DNA of 63,936 nt, filler included, from Reticulomyxa filosa (taxonomy: Eukaryota; Protista; Foraminifera), in the NCBI GenBank assembly GCA_000512085.1. It is 17 parts of 17 records of this genome, joined end to end, with 100 filler letters (N's around TTAATTAATTAA, not from the genome) between each part and the next. Parts side by side here need not be neighbours in the genome. Positions count along the whole stretch, not along the records: positions 10,647 to 15,536 come from ASPP01011686.1; positions 15,637 to 23,482 come from ASPP01016885.1; positions 23,583 to 25,439 come from ASPP01008714.1; positions 25,540 to 27,144 come from ASPP01038669.1; 13 more parts are not named here. One strand, given 5' to 3'. The translations under genes and the position numbers were made by a program. Shown piece by piece: positions 11,650 to 25,589 of the stretch. The notes under the pieces were generated by a model. It saw only the letters and a program-made list of their open reading frames with translations. It was not told the DNA's origin and ran no database searches. How positions within the stretch are numbered: the first letter of the stretch is position 1; the number at the start of each line of letters is the position of its first letter.

Positions 11650-13151
11650 ATGACTACTCCAGTGTGTCTCTTGTCAGTGGGTATCGCATACCCTCCTTAT
11701 GGTTACGATGTGAAATCATTCAGTCAAATGATGAAGGAAAGCGCAGAATTTGTGGTAAAGAAACTTGATCCTTCCAAACCCGATCAAAAAAAACGTATCG
11801 ACGACATTCAAGAAAACGCGAACTGGGTGATCGGTTTGGCGGAAGCAAGTGGAATTGAAAAGCGACAATCTCATGTAAAAGACCTTTTGCAATTTTACAA
11901 AGAGCGTAACTTTTGCCCAACAGTCCAAGAGCGAGCAGAGATATGGAGAAAAGAATGCCCTGCGTTGGCGATGAAAGCAGTAGACAAATGTTTGTCCAAC
12001 TGGGGCGGGGACAAAAACCGAATTAAGACAGTAGTTGCACACAGTACAACTGGTTGGGATGTCCCCGGCTTGGCACACCATGTGATCTTCAACTTGGAAT
12101 TGCCCCAAGATGCTCGCGCAGTGCCAGTGATGTTTGTGGGCTGTCAAGGAGGTATGACGATATTATACGTGGGCAAGGTAATTGCAGAGAGTGAACAAAA
12201 CGGCGGTGACTTGGTAATGGCAGTGGGAGCGGAAATTCAAACCATATTGGGACGATTTTACGACGAAAAATGCAGTTTGGAACGAAGCATTTACATGCCC
12301 ATGGTGTTGTTCGGAGAGGGAGCAGCCGCTTGCATCATTGGTCGTCCTGACCTGAGCGTTGACGGAAAGAAATTTCCTTTGTGGGAATGGGGAAACCTGG
12401 GCGCGTATTACATCCCAAACACCAGACACGTGTTGATGATTGGCATTTCTGAGGAAGACGGATTGTACATTGAAAACTCGATTAAAAAAGAATTGCCGGT
12501 ACATTTGAACGCTGAGCTGACCAAACACTTGGGCAAGTGGTTGAAACACGCCTTGGGTGTTAATATCAATGATGTCGATTTTGCGGTTCACCCTGGCGGT
12601 CTGAAATTACTTAAAAAATTTTGCCAAATTAATTGAAGACATGGGATGTCAAGATTCGGAAAGCGCTACCAGATATTCGACCAGAAACTTGGTCACTTAC
12701 GGAAACTTGGCCAGCGCTGCCGTCCTTTTCATTTTGCATGACTTGGTCCAAAAATCCACGAAAAATCACATCTACTGCGTTTAGTAGAAAAACAAAAAAA
12801 AGGGGGGGAGGAAAGTCGGAGAGGGGCTGCCGAGGGGAGAAAGTTGCCCACTTCATTTTTTAGGTTATGAAGTACGAAAACGAAAGTGTTCATTACATAT
12901 CATACCCATTTTTTTTTACTAAGACCAAGTTGTTTGGTTGATGTGATGAATAGATGGCCATGGGACCTGGAGTATGCATGGAATACGGCGGGTTGCATCG
13001 CTATGATCCTTCCAAAGGAACAAAAAGAAAAAGCCAAAGCGGACAGGGAGGAAGCTCGTCATTTACCTGGATTTTGTTGACTTTGGTTGTGGCTTTGATT
13101 GCTTTTATTGCTGCTGGGTATACTGTAAATGACGTCAAACAACTTTTGTGA
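11650..13151 (+). CDS. Type III polyketide synthase (chalcone/stilbene synthase fold) with C-terminal transmembrane anchor
   Basis: Catalytic Cys in MFVGCQGG, LFGEGAAA, His in VHPGG. After removing one A from the A6 run at 12613-12618 the frame continues to YGNLASAAVLFIL (catalytic Asn). Intron 12779-12953, then MAMGPGVCME (cf. FGPGLTVE) and a hydrophobic tail. Confidence 0.92.
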
Positions 13152-13918
13152 GCTTTTCAATTTGTTTTATTGGTGTTTTGTTGCTTTGTTTGTCTTTTAT
13201 TTTGTTTATTTTTCTTAAGCTTTCGGTGCATTTATTTTTTGCAGCGTTTGTACTTTTACTGCATCTGATTCTACTTTTGGAGATTTTTCAATTTGTGCTT
13301 TATGGCTTGTTTCGGCTAATTTGTTTTTATTGATAGGGCATAAATCTTTCATTAAAGAAAAAAACTCACGAAAGGAAATCTTTTGAAACGGAAATGGTTT
13401 AAATGTTTCTTAACTTTGAAGTGAATGTTGTTTTTGTCACATTAAACATGAACGGTCATCAGGGGGATACAGCTAAGTGACCCTCACGGCCAGATTTTTC
13501 CGCAATTTTTTTTGTGAGAAACGATACGAAGTTTATAAAAAATTTGTGGCAACGTTAAAAAAGAATGACTTTCTCAAACAAAAAATTGCGTACAAACATA
13601 TAAAATCCTTTGGGTCGTGTCTACTGTTTGACTTACTTGTGCCACAGGTTCCTTTTTTTGATTGAATGCACTGCAATAAATCACTTCATGAGAAAAAAAC
13701 ATGTTTATTATTTTGCAAATTGTTTTTTGATCAAAATAAAAAATGTTCAACATATTTTGTTGTTTTTGTTTACTGTTTGTTGAGTTAATTCAATGAAAGA
13801 GGATTTTACGATTTGACAAAGGAATACTGTTTTCCATTAAAATTTTGATCCGAAAAGACGATAAACGATACACAACTAAAAAACACACAAACACATGTGC
13901 GTTGTTTTTTTATTTATT

Positions 13919-15505
13919 TCAATTAGTTTCAAGTTTTTCATCATCAATTTTGACTTTCAAAAGCCCGGAAATATTATATTCTCTGTGAATTTTCATGGCC
14001 AATTCCTTTTGCATTTCATAACGTAAAGTGTAAAGCCCTTGCTCATTGGAATATAGTTCGGATAGATATTTGCAGATATTTTCATCAAAGTGGTGAAGTA
14101 CACTCCCAATTAACCTGGCAAGATCTTTTGGCTCGATATAGTCAAGAACTGCCGGGGGAGGTATTTGAGCTCCAAAGACATGAGGCGGCTTGTGATCTGA
14201 GCCAAATATTTTATGTATATTGTCGAGTACAATTTTCACTTTATTTAATACTTGTGGAACGCCAATGCTCTCACCAACAATTTCTTTTCCCACAATTCCC
14301 CACAAATGGCGAGTGGGACAAAAATCTTCGTTTATATATGAATATATATACATGTATATATTTGTGTTGACATGTATATTTCTTGAGATTCAGAGGGAAG
14401 AAAGAAAAGTGACAAAACTTGGTACACGTGAAAAAGAAATGTGCAAGAGTTGGCAAAGTAAATGTGCATTATATTCCAAATTGGTAGCAATATCCTGAGC
14501 AACAAGCAATAGTATTTGCTGCGTAAGACCGGAAAACAAGGGAAGAAATACATTTTGTTTGGAAGTAGGAGGCTGGAGATGAGTATATTGTGCGAGAATC
14601 CACGCCCACAATTGGACAGACCACTCAATGGTTTTGGGTTGAATGTGCACACTACTTTTGGATGGAGACTGTTGTACGCTAAAAGCATTGCGAACATCGA
14701 CAAGCTGAAACAGCTCATGAATATATTGCAATGTGACATCATTGGCAACAATCACTTTCGAGTTTTGCAACGACGAAAATTGTTCGAATAACGAGACCAG
14801 GCTGTTATCCGAATTCGGATTGTATTCGCTACTCTCCATAGAAAAAGTGTTCATATGATAAAAATAGTTTGTATTACCAGCGTTCACGCCGAACAACAAA
14901 TTCAAGCCACACAAATGATGGAGGACATACAATCCATTGTGTAAATCTCCATTCATCAAACACAGATGCAATAACAAATTCAATACATTCGTGTGCTGCC
15001 AATACCGACCTTTGGGTAGACTTTGCAGAATGTCCACTAATCTTCTTGGGACTTCCTAAGTTTACATCATTTCAATCAATTACAAAAAAAAATTATATAC
15101 ATATATGTGTACATAAATATACATGTACATATACAACATATATAATAAACCTCATCACGTATTGCTTGAGTTTGAATATTGATGATAGAATCCAAATCAA
15201 AAGTTTGCATTGTCTGTGAGCAAATGATATCTCCAAGACATTTCAAGGCATCCGGTAGAGATATGACTCCATCGAAAAAGAAATCTAGTTTTTGACACAA
15301 CAATGGGAGATGGCTATTGGTCGAATACAGGTCGTATTTTTCACAAACCATGTCATAAAACTTGTCGCAAAGCTCCTCATCTTGGTCGTGCGTTTGTATC
15401 CAACTATACATTTTACCCAAGTACTCATTCACCAATTGGACTTGCAAGCTTTTGCCGGAGAGTTTTGAGACTGATATCAAATGCAAAGGCAAAAGAGTAA
15501 AACTT

Positions 15506-15536
<31 letters not shown>
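13919..15536 (-). CDS. Hypothetical helical protein, 5'-truncated, at least 3 exons
   Basis: Three successive minus-strand ORFs (15492-15076, 15037-14390, 14353-13919) separated by (TA)n-rich intron-like segments; no recognisable domain. Confidence 0.6.
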
Positions 15537-16947
15537 NNNNNNNNNNNNNNNNNNNNNNNNNNNNNNNNNNNNNNNNNNNNTTAATTAATTAANNNNNNNN
15601 NNNNNNNNNNNNNNNNNNNNNNNNNNNNNNNNNNNNGATTGCTTAAAAACAATAATCGTCCTATTTCTTATTTTTGATTTGTTGTAAATTAATCAAAAAA
15701 TTACAAAGATTTTATTTTTTCTACAATGACATCAAATTACTTCAAATAGCTAGTTTTTTAAAAAATCCCTTTGGAAACACTTTTGAAAAAAATTTTAAAA
15801 AAATAGAAAAAAACAATGAATAATAGTGAATAAATACAATTGAAAGTAAAATAGATCAATTTTATAATTTTTTTTTGTAATTTGACAACTGAACGTTTTT
15901 CTAATGTAATTATAGCGAAAATCGATGTTTTCGTTCACCTTATTTTGTTTGATCTAGGGGTGGCCCCTTCGAGTAATGTTGAAAATGAGATGTTGTGGAA
16001 ATTTTAAGATTTTCTCGCGTGGAGCAAAGGATATGAGTGAATTGGTAGTTCATAATTGCTATTACGAAAGAATCTTTGGAAATTATATTTTGTACACGAG
16101 TTAGAACGTGGTGAACTTATGATAGTCGAAGAAAAAAACAACATTACATAAGGCACGAAAAATTTTTAAAAAAGGCAAATCAGTCTTTAGCAGTGCATGC
16201 GAACTGCGCGTTCAGTCCATCTTTTTTTTTGGACGCGTGCAAACAAAAACGTTTTTATTTACGCTATACAAAAAAAAATTTCTTATAGGCTGAAACCTTG
16301 TTGCTTTTAAATTGATGAAGTTTATGAGATTATGAACGCTGATTGGTTATTAACTATTCGATGAAGGTAAAGATATTGTTTCCATCGCATATGGATGATA
16401 AAGACCATTTACTGCTTTTAAAAACAAACGCAAGATTGACGAAACGAAATTAGTGACAAGAAAAAATCAACGACAGAGATGAAGCCACAAATAATTCTCA
16501 AAGTGAAGTATCAAAATGATATTTGAAAAAAAACAATGCTTTTTAAAAATGTTATCTTTTTTGCCGAACTTGCAAAAAAGATAAGTGTCAATTGATCTAT
16601 CCTCTTTTTTGGATTTTAGACTGAAGTTATATTATGTGAGAAGTAGGATTTGTTTGAACGTTTGATCGTTTACTTTTTGTTGTTGTATCAAGTGAAAAAA
16701 TTTAATTTCTTTTGTAAATGCCACTAAGTTTTGTTATAAACGTGAATAAAAAAATAATTATTTGAAAGATTAAGTGGAAATTGTATGATAGGCACAATAT
16801 TAATCTAAACAGAATATCAAATTACATTGTTAAGCAGACCACTAAAGCTACAAATCTTTAAGGGTTGCCAACCATCACAGCAACTGCATGCTTTATATAC
16901 ATAACTGCGAACACGCGTGATAAAACATATTGAAGGAAAAAAAACGT

Positions 16948-19900
16948 TTAAGTCGTTTTTGTAGGACGTTCCAAGAATTCCATCAAATCTTTTTTCATTT
17001 TAGTCAAGCATCCTTCCAAATGTGTGACATGATCTGCCAGGTTTTCAGGTTTGTATTTTGCGTACACAGTTAATGCCTTTTGGGCCTCTTCTAATTGCCA
17101 GCGAAGCGCTTCCTTGAATTTCTCTGCTACTTGCCTTTCTTGAGGAAACTCATCAAAGTAGTCGCTGTCAAAGAAAGCTTCCTGGTACTTTGCAACTCCC
17201 CCCATGACAGCCGCATCCAAGACTCCGTTTACACTCATTGAAAGCGATCTAATGTCATGTGACGGGTCATTTTGACAAGCTTCAACTAATTTGACAAGCT
17301 CTTGTGTCTTGGTATTCAAATTGTTTACGGCAGTTTGTAAAGGTGTCAACGTCTTTGCAATTTGTTTGATAACAGGAATACGTCTCCGGATGGAGGGAAT
17401 GACTTCTTCAGCGATTACGTATACTTGAATGATCCATAAATTGCGAAATTCATTTTCTCCCTTTTTTTTTTTGACTTATCGACATACGTAAAATAGAATG
17501 TGTTTAGTTCCATCTCGCGATAGTATCTCTTGATTCGCAATGGGGCTTTGGTTTTATCCCATTTGAAATCCTCGCCAGTCATTTCTTCGGGCGAAGAAGG
17601 GTTGAGCTTGGCAATCCGGATGAACTGTCCCTTGAAATCAGGAGACTCGTACTCCGGTTGGATGGGGTCTGATGTATTAATGATCTTGGCATCCTTCCAT
17701 TTGGCTTTGATACGATCTGTAAAGTCAACTACCGTTTCAAAACTTCTGGCTCGTCCACTGCGATAAATAAAATCGGCCCCACGCAAGTCACTCGGAAAGT
17801 CACCACGAAAAGAGAGTAAAAAGTGCGAATGAAAAACGCGATCATGCTGATATATAAACGTTCGGGTCAATTTCTCTTTTTCAAACTGAGCACTCCAAGC
17901 ATTAAAGTCGAATAGCAATGTTTCATAAACTCGCGATAGCTCTTGACATACTTTGGCTGCCATTTCCCACGCTTCGCCAATTTGAAACTGTTGATAGGCA
18001 TTCTCGAGCAATTGTACGTGTCTCTTCCACTCGGTTTGTTCTTCCAAATAAATGGCAGGCTCGCCACGCAATACGCGATCGGACCATCGCAAGTTTGAAG
18101 CGTGCTTCATATAACATTGGCCGGCTTCAATGCTATTGCCCAATTGTGCATGCATTAAACCGAGTCTATGAATGTGACGATTGTACATTTCCACTTTTCC
18201 TCTTTCTTCTAAATAGTGAAGCAGATTGAGAGTCGCCACTGTGCGTTCGTCTTCGTGCAAAGCATCAGTGGGCAACTTACGTAATTGCGCCAAATAATCG
18301 TACAACTTTTCAATCTCTCGAATGAATTGCTCGCCAATATTTTTCAATTCGCTTTTCGAATTTGCAAGTTTCGCATTGACTTGTTTGCGGAAAAAGTCCA
18401 AATGGTCGTTGATGATCTGTTCGTCATTGCCTCCATATTGCGTCGTGAGAAAATCCACTTGGTCAATAGTGTGCGCCTCTACGTTTTTGATTTCATTGGT
18501 TAATTCGAACTCCGACTTCAGCATTTGAAAGTATACGTCCACAACAAACTCTTCAATCTCAAGCACTTCCGAGGTGCTTGCGACAATGGCATGTGGTACC
18601 ATTGTTTCTGCCAATTCAACCGTGTGTACTTGCAAGATGTTCCAAGCATTTGCACGAAATTGATCAATTGCAATCGTGCGAACGTCGCCGTAGTGTTCGC
18701 GAACGAGCTTTGCATTTCCTTCGGTCATGGCCTCTAATGCGAGATCTTTATGAGACAGAAAGAGCATGCCCAAGTCAAACCAAGCGCTCCAGAGATCCTT
18801 GTGGAAGGATTTGCCCATATAATTGGACTGCAATGTCGCACCAAACCACGAAAATGTTCGCAGCACAATTTCGGCTTCGACCATTCTCATGAAGATCCAT
18901 TCGTGTGGGAATACAGACTCCACCAATAAATTTGTGCAGCACTGTAGCACTCCTTGGATCAATTGAGCCGCATAGCTCTCTGACTGTGCTTTTTCTTCTT
19001 TGATGACGTTGTCAATGCGTTCCGATTTTTGCGAAAAGGTTTCTGGTTTGGCGGTGCCCCCTGTCAACAACCGCGCCATTTCTGCGATTGTGACTAAAAA
19101 CGTGCGATGGATTGTGATTTGATCCGTGGAGATGGATTCGACACTCGGGATCGACAGTTCTTGCTCTTGCTTGGATGGGTTTTTTTCAAGTGTCCTCCCA
19201 AAAATACGCGGGGCCTTTGAGGTATCACAAAGGTCGACTTTGCGTATATTGTCCAACACGATAAAGTATTTCAGTAACAAATGACCAAAATGCTGCAACA
19301 CACTGTCCGATGGCTCACAGCCTTTTCCGTCATGGACGACACGAACTGTATTTCTTTCAATCGACTTCAAAGTGCGTGGCTTTTTCGGATCTAAATAGGA
19401 CACACACTTTTCGATGATCATGGCACAAAGGATTTGTTCATCAACGCTTTGCGACATGTGGAATGTCAACTCCTTTGCCAGACACGGCAAAAACAAATCG
19501 ACAACGTCTCTTCGGGAAAATTTAGGATGTTCCAACAGTCGCATTATCAAAAGCAGTTTTTCAATGCCATTTTCAAAGTCCGTATTTCGAGTGCATTCAA
19601 TGAATTTGACCGTTCGTTTCATAATGTCTTGTGATTCTTGACTCGGAAACGAGGCAAACAAATTCAAAAATCGTTGAATCGCAAAGCTCTGCACGGCAAG
19701 CACAGTTCGAGGCTCGGTCAGTCCCATGACCCGATTTAAACAATCGAAGAGGACATTGAATCGATGTTCGTATTCCGCCTGAATTCGAGCTTTGGACTCT
19801 TTGTCCTGTTGAATTTCGAGATCGACCGATTTCTTCATTAGCATGAATAGATAATGAATGCCGCGGACTGATTTCAACATTTGGCGACTGAGTTCAGCAC

Positions 19901-21855
19901 CCTGTCGATTCAAATCCGGAGACGCATCTTTTGTGTCGATTTTCTTGGCATCGTCGGAGGTCATCCATTTGAGTAACTTTAACAATTGATCAGCCAACAC
20001 TCTCCATAGTCCGGGATAGTCGAATCGATTTTGGATCCACTCTTCGATCCGAGTTTTGAAGCGCATATTCATGCCTTTGTAAACCTCGCCAAGCACTGCG
20101 ACCAATGCAAAAAAGCTCTGCTCCGTCATGGCCAAGTCTTTTTGTAACTTGGACATGATGTCGAACACGACTTTCATGTATTCGTCAAATACTTGCATGA
20201 CGTCCTCAAATGCCTTTCGTGACGCTCTTTGCATTGCAGGAGCAAGTATCTTTGGATCTTGATCTTCCCACGTCATAAATGTGTGAATATCGTTGTCGGG
20301 CAACACTTTGGTCGAACAAAAGCGAAGATACACTTGGATTTGCTTGCTTTCGGACTTTAAAATAGGATTGTTCAAATAGCCGGTGAGCTTTTTGTCCATT
20401 CGATATAATTCCAAGGAATATGCTTTATTTGCTTTAATTTGTCGAAGCTTGGGATCAAACAGAGGCAAAAATGCAAATCCTCTTTCATCCATTTTTTTAA
20501 TGGTGGCAGGCGTGTGCCAAAATGAAAATAGCAAATGACATTTCTCCAAATCCTTGATGCTAGAGGGCACTGACACGACATACGTCTGATTAATCGTTGG
20601 ATCATTGGAATGATAAAATACCGGCGATTCGCCTTCGCTTTGGGGTCGGGCCATGTCTCCACGTCCCATTGCCACCATTCCTGCGACTTGGTAGTCTTCG
20701 TTCAACAGTGATATTTTGCACATCACGTTGCATGCTGATCGCTTGTTGCGTTGATTGACATGTACATCCAACAGCGTTACGTACAGCTCGTGTCTATCCG
20801 AGTGGATTTGCGGGTTTATTTCCAGAGGATGCACGTGGGCCACTCTGCCATTCAACGAATAGCTTTTCTCCACTTCTTCACACGAACCTTGGTACAATGT
20901 CAGCGAATGGGCAATGCCATTGGAAAGAGGGGCAATTTGAAATGGACCACTTTTTTTTTTTCGATTAAATCGAATGGCAATTGCGCAAAATAGTATTCTT
21001 CTTTCGGACAATATATTGGTGCTGTGCTCGCTTCAAATGTTGTCTCCATGCCAATGCTGCGAGTCAATTTAGAGAGGTGCTCACGCAAAGGGATCACTGT
21101 AACTGCATACGGACGCACCACCTTTCTCAAATTCGCGTTCTTTTTTTTCCCATTGTTGTCCGTTTCCAAAGGTTCCATACGATAGATCTTGCCAATTATA
21201 TAGAGATCTTTATCAAGGTCTTCTTGTCTCAAATCCCGAAATAATATCTTCTTATTGGCCTCTTCGCCCACTGTGGGAACATTTTTATCCGTTAACGTCA
21301 AGCAATGCTCTTCTCTGTTTTCAAAGACATCATTCGCATTGCCCTTTTTCAACATGCAATCCATCACACATTCTCAACCAACGCAAAAACGCAAACGATA
21401 GTTTAAACTTAACGTCAGAAATATCTTACGTTTATCATCAAAAATCGAAAATAATAAAGTCGTCTCATTTTGTCCATTAAGATCGCATTTCTTAATGTCA
21501 AGTGACAATTGATAAATGGGTTCACCTTCTGCTCTCAATATATCACTTTTGTCATCGTCTTCAAACATTGAAGAGACTCTTGCATTCAAAACCTTGGTAT
21601 TGGTGTGAAATCTACGCACACATGCTCATTTGTTTCGTGCTTGTCTATATATGGGGAACACTATGCATATAAACTACATGTAACATACGAGATCAGTTGC
21701 TGTACTGTAAATTTGTCAACTTTCGAGCCTTCCAATTCTTTCGGCACATATATTTCTAATCCTTTTTCAGCTATTTCGTCCTCTTCTTCAAATTTCATGT
21801 CAGTGAGACCTAGCATTGCCAAGTGTTTCGATTTTGATCTGGGAAGGCCTGACAT
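16948..21855 (-). CDS. DOCK-family Rac GEF (DOCK1-5-like; DHR-1 C2 and DHR-2 domains)
   Basis: DHR-1: RHELYVTL...SPVFYHSNDPTINQT...CHLLFSFWH...FAFLPL. DHR-2: MYNRHIHRLGLMH...EAGQC, ENEFRNLWI, TPLQTA, LSMSVNGVLDAAVMGGVAKYQEAFF. Two short 5' introns and two frameshifts in homopolymer runs (~20955, ~17465). Confidence 0.93.
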
Positions 21856-22499
21856 TATTCTGTTTTGTTAAATTTCACACCGCAAACTGATGGAATTATT
21901 TTGATAGAGCCTTTGTTCGTTTGGAAAACATTAACAAAAGACTCCTTGCAGTGTTTACTAACACGAGCCAAAACTTGTCAACACTGTGAAAACTGTGGAA
22001 AAGAAAGTGTGGGTTAGGAACTTTCAAGACGATTCGAATATCTCAACTAAAAAAAAATGTTTGCATCTATGGGGTGTGCTGACTGTCACTTTGACCGGCA
22101 CAAAGTGTAATACGAAAAATATTGCTGTCCCAGCGGCTTTTCAATAAAAAAACAAGATAGTTAAATCTAGGAAGAATATAAATGACAGCAACAAAACAAG
22201 AAGAGAGACGAAAGAAGTGGAGTAAATTAGTTTGAGATAAAAGGGGTTCCAAAGTTTCACTAAACAAGCTTCGAAACTCAAATAGATTAGAATGGATTAT
22301 TACTTTTGATAAAATTGTCGCAAGACATGTTAGTTTCGAGTTTCTTTTTTTTATTCAAGTGACTTTATCAACACAGGACAGAAATTTTACATGGTATCAC
22401 GTGCAACAAGTACATAAGGTTTTCAGCAAATGGTTATAAGTTTATGTTAGTGTCAAGTGATAAAACTATCGAATATTAGGTGCAACTTCTGAAAAAATT

Positions 22500-23482
22500 C
22501 AAGTTTTTAAAGAATATCTGAAATAATTTGAATTTTGCATAATGAGAGTACCATTATTTTGCTCAGAATAAGACAATCTGACTTTGAGTGCACATCCAGT
22601 TCAACATCAAATGGAAGAATAGATGATTTACATAATGTGATATCAATACTTGATGTCATAAATGTATTATATGTAATCCATTGGTATGATTTGCATTCCA
22701 ATATCCTCCAATGACCGGAAGTTATAATCGATGTCCTTCTTCTTTGATATGAATCATTCTTGCAATAAACAGATATTGAATAAAATCAGTTGATGTTATT
22801 CTGTAATATCAATAGACTGCTGATTATAGATCTGCTTGCATATTGGTATTCGCAATGTTGATTAGTCTCTTGATTTATTTCATATCACCATCTGCATAAA
22901 TATCGGGTTAATTGATTGCAATAAGAATTTTAATTGATGGAATGATGATTTAATATCTTAAAATTCAAGTCTTAGCTTTTACCATTGAATATCCATATCT
23001 TCCAATGTCTCCTTGATTTCTCAGCTTTCGCGAGTTGATACTCCTCCGATCACAATGTGCTATGTTAATTTCCTTGATTCAGTCACAATGATAAGTATAA
23101 CACTTTCTTCTTGAGAGTACTTGTAATGGACACTGGTCTTTTGGATGTTATAATAAAAGCTGCAGAACATTATCGACTTCTTATGTACTGGGCAGCTATT
23201 TCCACTCAACACGACTCATACATCAAGCTTGGAACTTATCGGATTGCGACAATATGTTTCTCTGGGTTGCATGGAGATCTCTTCGACACAGAATACATGA
23301 TATTCTTGTTTCTCCCTAGAATTGATTGTACATATTCTGGGGCTGTTGATCTCTGATAACTCTATTCTCTGACATGAAACACTACTGAAGGAGACAGATA
23401 TGTGATTGAACTGCGTGGAGGTTCTGCTCCAGCAGTTTAGCTTTCGAATCGAAGCCGTTGATATTATTCTGGAAAATGATTA
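22500..23482 (-). mobile_element. Degenerate non-LTR retrotransposon (LINE) APE-endonuclease relic
   Basis: IIFQNNINGFDSKAKLL...SHICLLQ (EEP first strand and LQE motif) and TFMTSSIDITL...HSKSD (cf. TF..S.ID...SDH), with many stops and frameshifts. Confidence 0.65.
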
Positions 23483-23582
23483 NNNNNNNNNNNNNNNNNN
23501 NNNNNNNNNNNNNNNNNNNNNNNNNNTTAATTAATTAANNNNNNNNNNNNNNNNNNNNNNNNNNNNNNNNNNNNNNNNNNNN

Positions 23583-23979
23583 TCCAGAAACAAAAGAAAA
23601 AGAGAAAGAAAAAGACAAAGAGGAAGAAGAAAAAGCAAAAGAAAAAGAGAAAGAAGAAAGAACAAAAGAAAAAGAGCAAGGTCAAGAGCAAGGTCAAGAG
23701 CAAGAAAGAGAAAAAGAAGAAAAACAAAGAGAAGAAGAAAGCAAAGAAACAAAAAACTCAACAACAACGTCCGCTGAAGGCACATCAGTAACAACAGAGA
23801 AGGAAGTGAATGAAGATAAACCCAAAGATGTAGAAAAATCTGATATAAATAATGAAGCGGAAGTTTCTGATAACAACTCACACAAAAAATCGACAGAAAC
23901 TGATGATACTAACAATAGTGACGATACACATACTCAAGAAAAGCAAAATGAAAGTGCGAACAATTCGTTACCTTCGTAA
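23583..23979 (+). CDS. 3' end of a gene: K/E-rich low-complexity tail
   Basis: Open frame from the contig edge, PETKEKEKEKDKEEEEK...NESANNSLPS*. Confidence 0.6.
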
Positions 23980-24609
23980 CGTTATCAAAATGGAAATTTC
24001 TTGTTTACCTGATTTTATCCGAGAAAAAACGGTAGTTTCAAACATTATCTCTTGCTGTAGCTTTTCACAAAATAAAAGATACAATTCTATCTTTCCATTA
24101 TATTCATGCCACAGGGCTAATTTACAAAGTTTTCTTTTTTCTATTTGTCAAAGAGAATGCCCCCAAAAAAAACAAGTAGTGATTTGAAGTATTATTCAAA
24201 TGTGTCCATGCATGCGATGGAACTTTTTTGTATTTGCTGAAGAAAAAATCAAAAAAGTTTGATGCGAGAAAGTTGAAGAGAATAGTCCTAATTGTTTCGA
24301 CTTTTTATCAAATCAATCTCAGTCCAAAATGATGGTGACAAACAAGTTTTTAAAAACTGCTTGCCATTAAGGAGTCCTTTTTTTTGATATTTAGCTAATA
24401 TTGGAAAAAATTGTTTGAAATTGTTAGTCTGGCGTTTCTTGGACCAAAGAAAGTAGCAATCAGAGGAACAAAAAGATCATTTTTTATCAAACAAACAAAA
24501 ATCAGAATTTTTACAAGCAATAATGGACCAAATGTTTACTTAAGTCAATTGAATTGTTCGATTTTAAAGTTCAAGTGATTTAATCATTTGAAATTATCAC
24601 AAAAAAAAC

Positions 24610-25371
24610 TTAGTAGCTAACAATGTCTTTGATGGCTTCGTAAATCTTAAATTCGCTTGGGAAAAAGAATTTTTCAAATGCCAAAGGAAATGGTGTGTCC
24701 ACACCAGTCACTCTCTTGACTGGCGCTAATAAATGCAAAAACAAGCTTCTTGTATTGTTGCCGCAATCTCTGCTCCAAATCCGCCGGTTAACGTGGCCTT
24801 TATTTTTTTTTGGTATTTAATTTGTTTCGATTTTTCTTTTTTTTTCACTGAGTCATTTGGAAAAGGGGTAAAATCTTTTTTTTTGTCGATGAATTTTTGT
24901 TAAGTATGCAGCAAGATGATAACTTCATGTGCAACGACAAGTCTGCCAGTTTTTTTGACGGATTCAAGAATAGTTTGTTGATCCCAAGGTAGTATAGTTT
25001 GTAAATCAATGATTTCAGTCGATATTCCATCTCTCTCTTTGGCCATATTGGCAGCGGTTTGAATTGTCTGCAAATGAGCACCCCAGCCAACGACAGTAAC
25101 GTCAGTTCCTTTTTGAAGAACTTCAGCTTGGGAAAGTGGTAAAGTGAAATCACCAATCGGAACATGTTCACGAGGAAATTGATAAATGCGCTTGCATTCA
25201 AAGAATAAAGTTGGATTTTTGTCCACTATTTCATATCAAAAGCATTTTTTTTCTCTCGTTTTGTTTTTTTGTGCAGCACAATCTCCGACCAATGTATGAA
25301 ACAAAACAACTTAACATATGGAGCTTCTCAGCAATCCTTTTGCTTGTTTGGCAGATCGTGGAATGACAACC
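24610..25371 (-). CDS. BCKDHB: Branched-chain 2-oxoacid dehydrogenase E1 beta subunit, 3' exons
   Basis: [18 protein letters not shown] / [14 protein letters not shown]...[13 protein letters not shown]...[10 protein letters not shown]...[13 protein letters not shown] / [47 protein letters not shown], with GT-AG introns. Confidence 0.93.
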
Positions 25372-25539
25372 TACACCCCCCCCCACCACCAACATTTAAA
25401 CAAACAAATTATTACTACCCTTGAGCTTTTTTTTTTTTTNNNNNNNNNNNNNNNNNNNNNNNNNNNNNNNNNNNNNNNNNNNNTTAATTAATTAANNNNN
25501 NNNNNNNNNNNNNNNNNNNNNNNNNNNNNNNNNNNNNNN

Positions 25540-25573
<34 letters not shown>

Positions 25574-25589
25574 TTGTTTTAAAATACTA

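Noticed and set aside
17530-21244. Numerous antisense and overlapping ORFs within DOCK (and likewise within the PKS and channel genes)
   Set aside because: Shadow ORFs of GC-richer coding sequence with no motifs.
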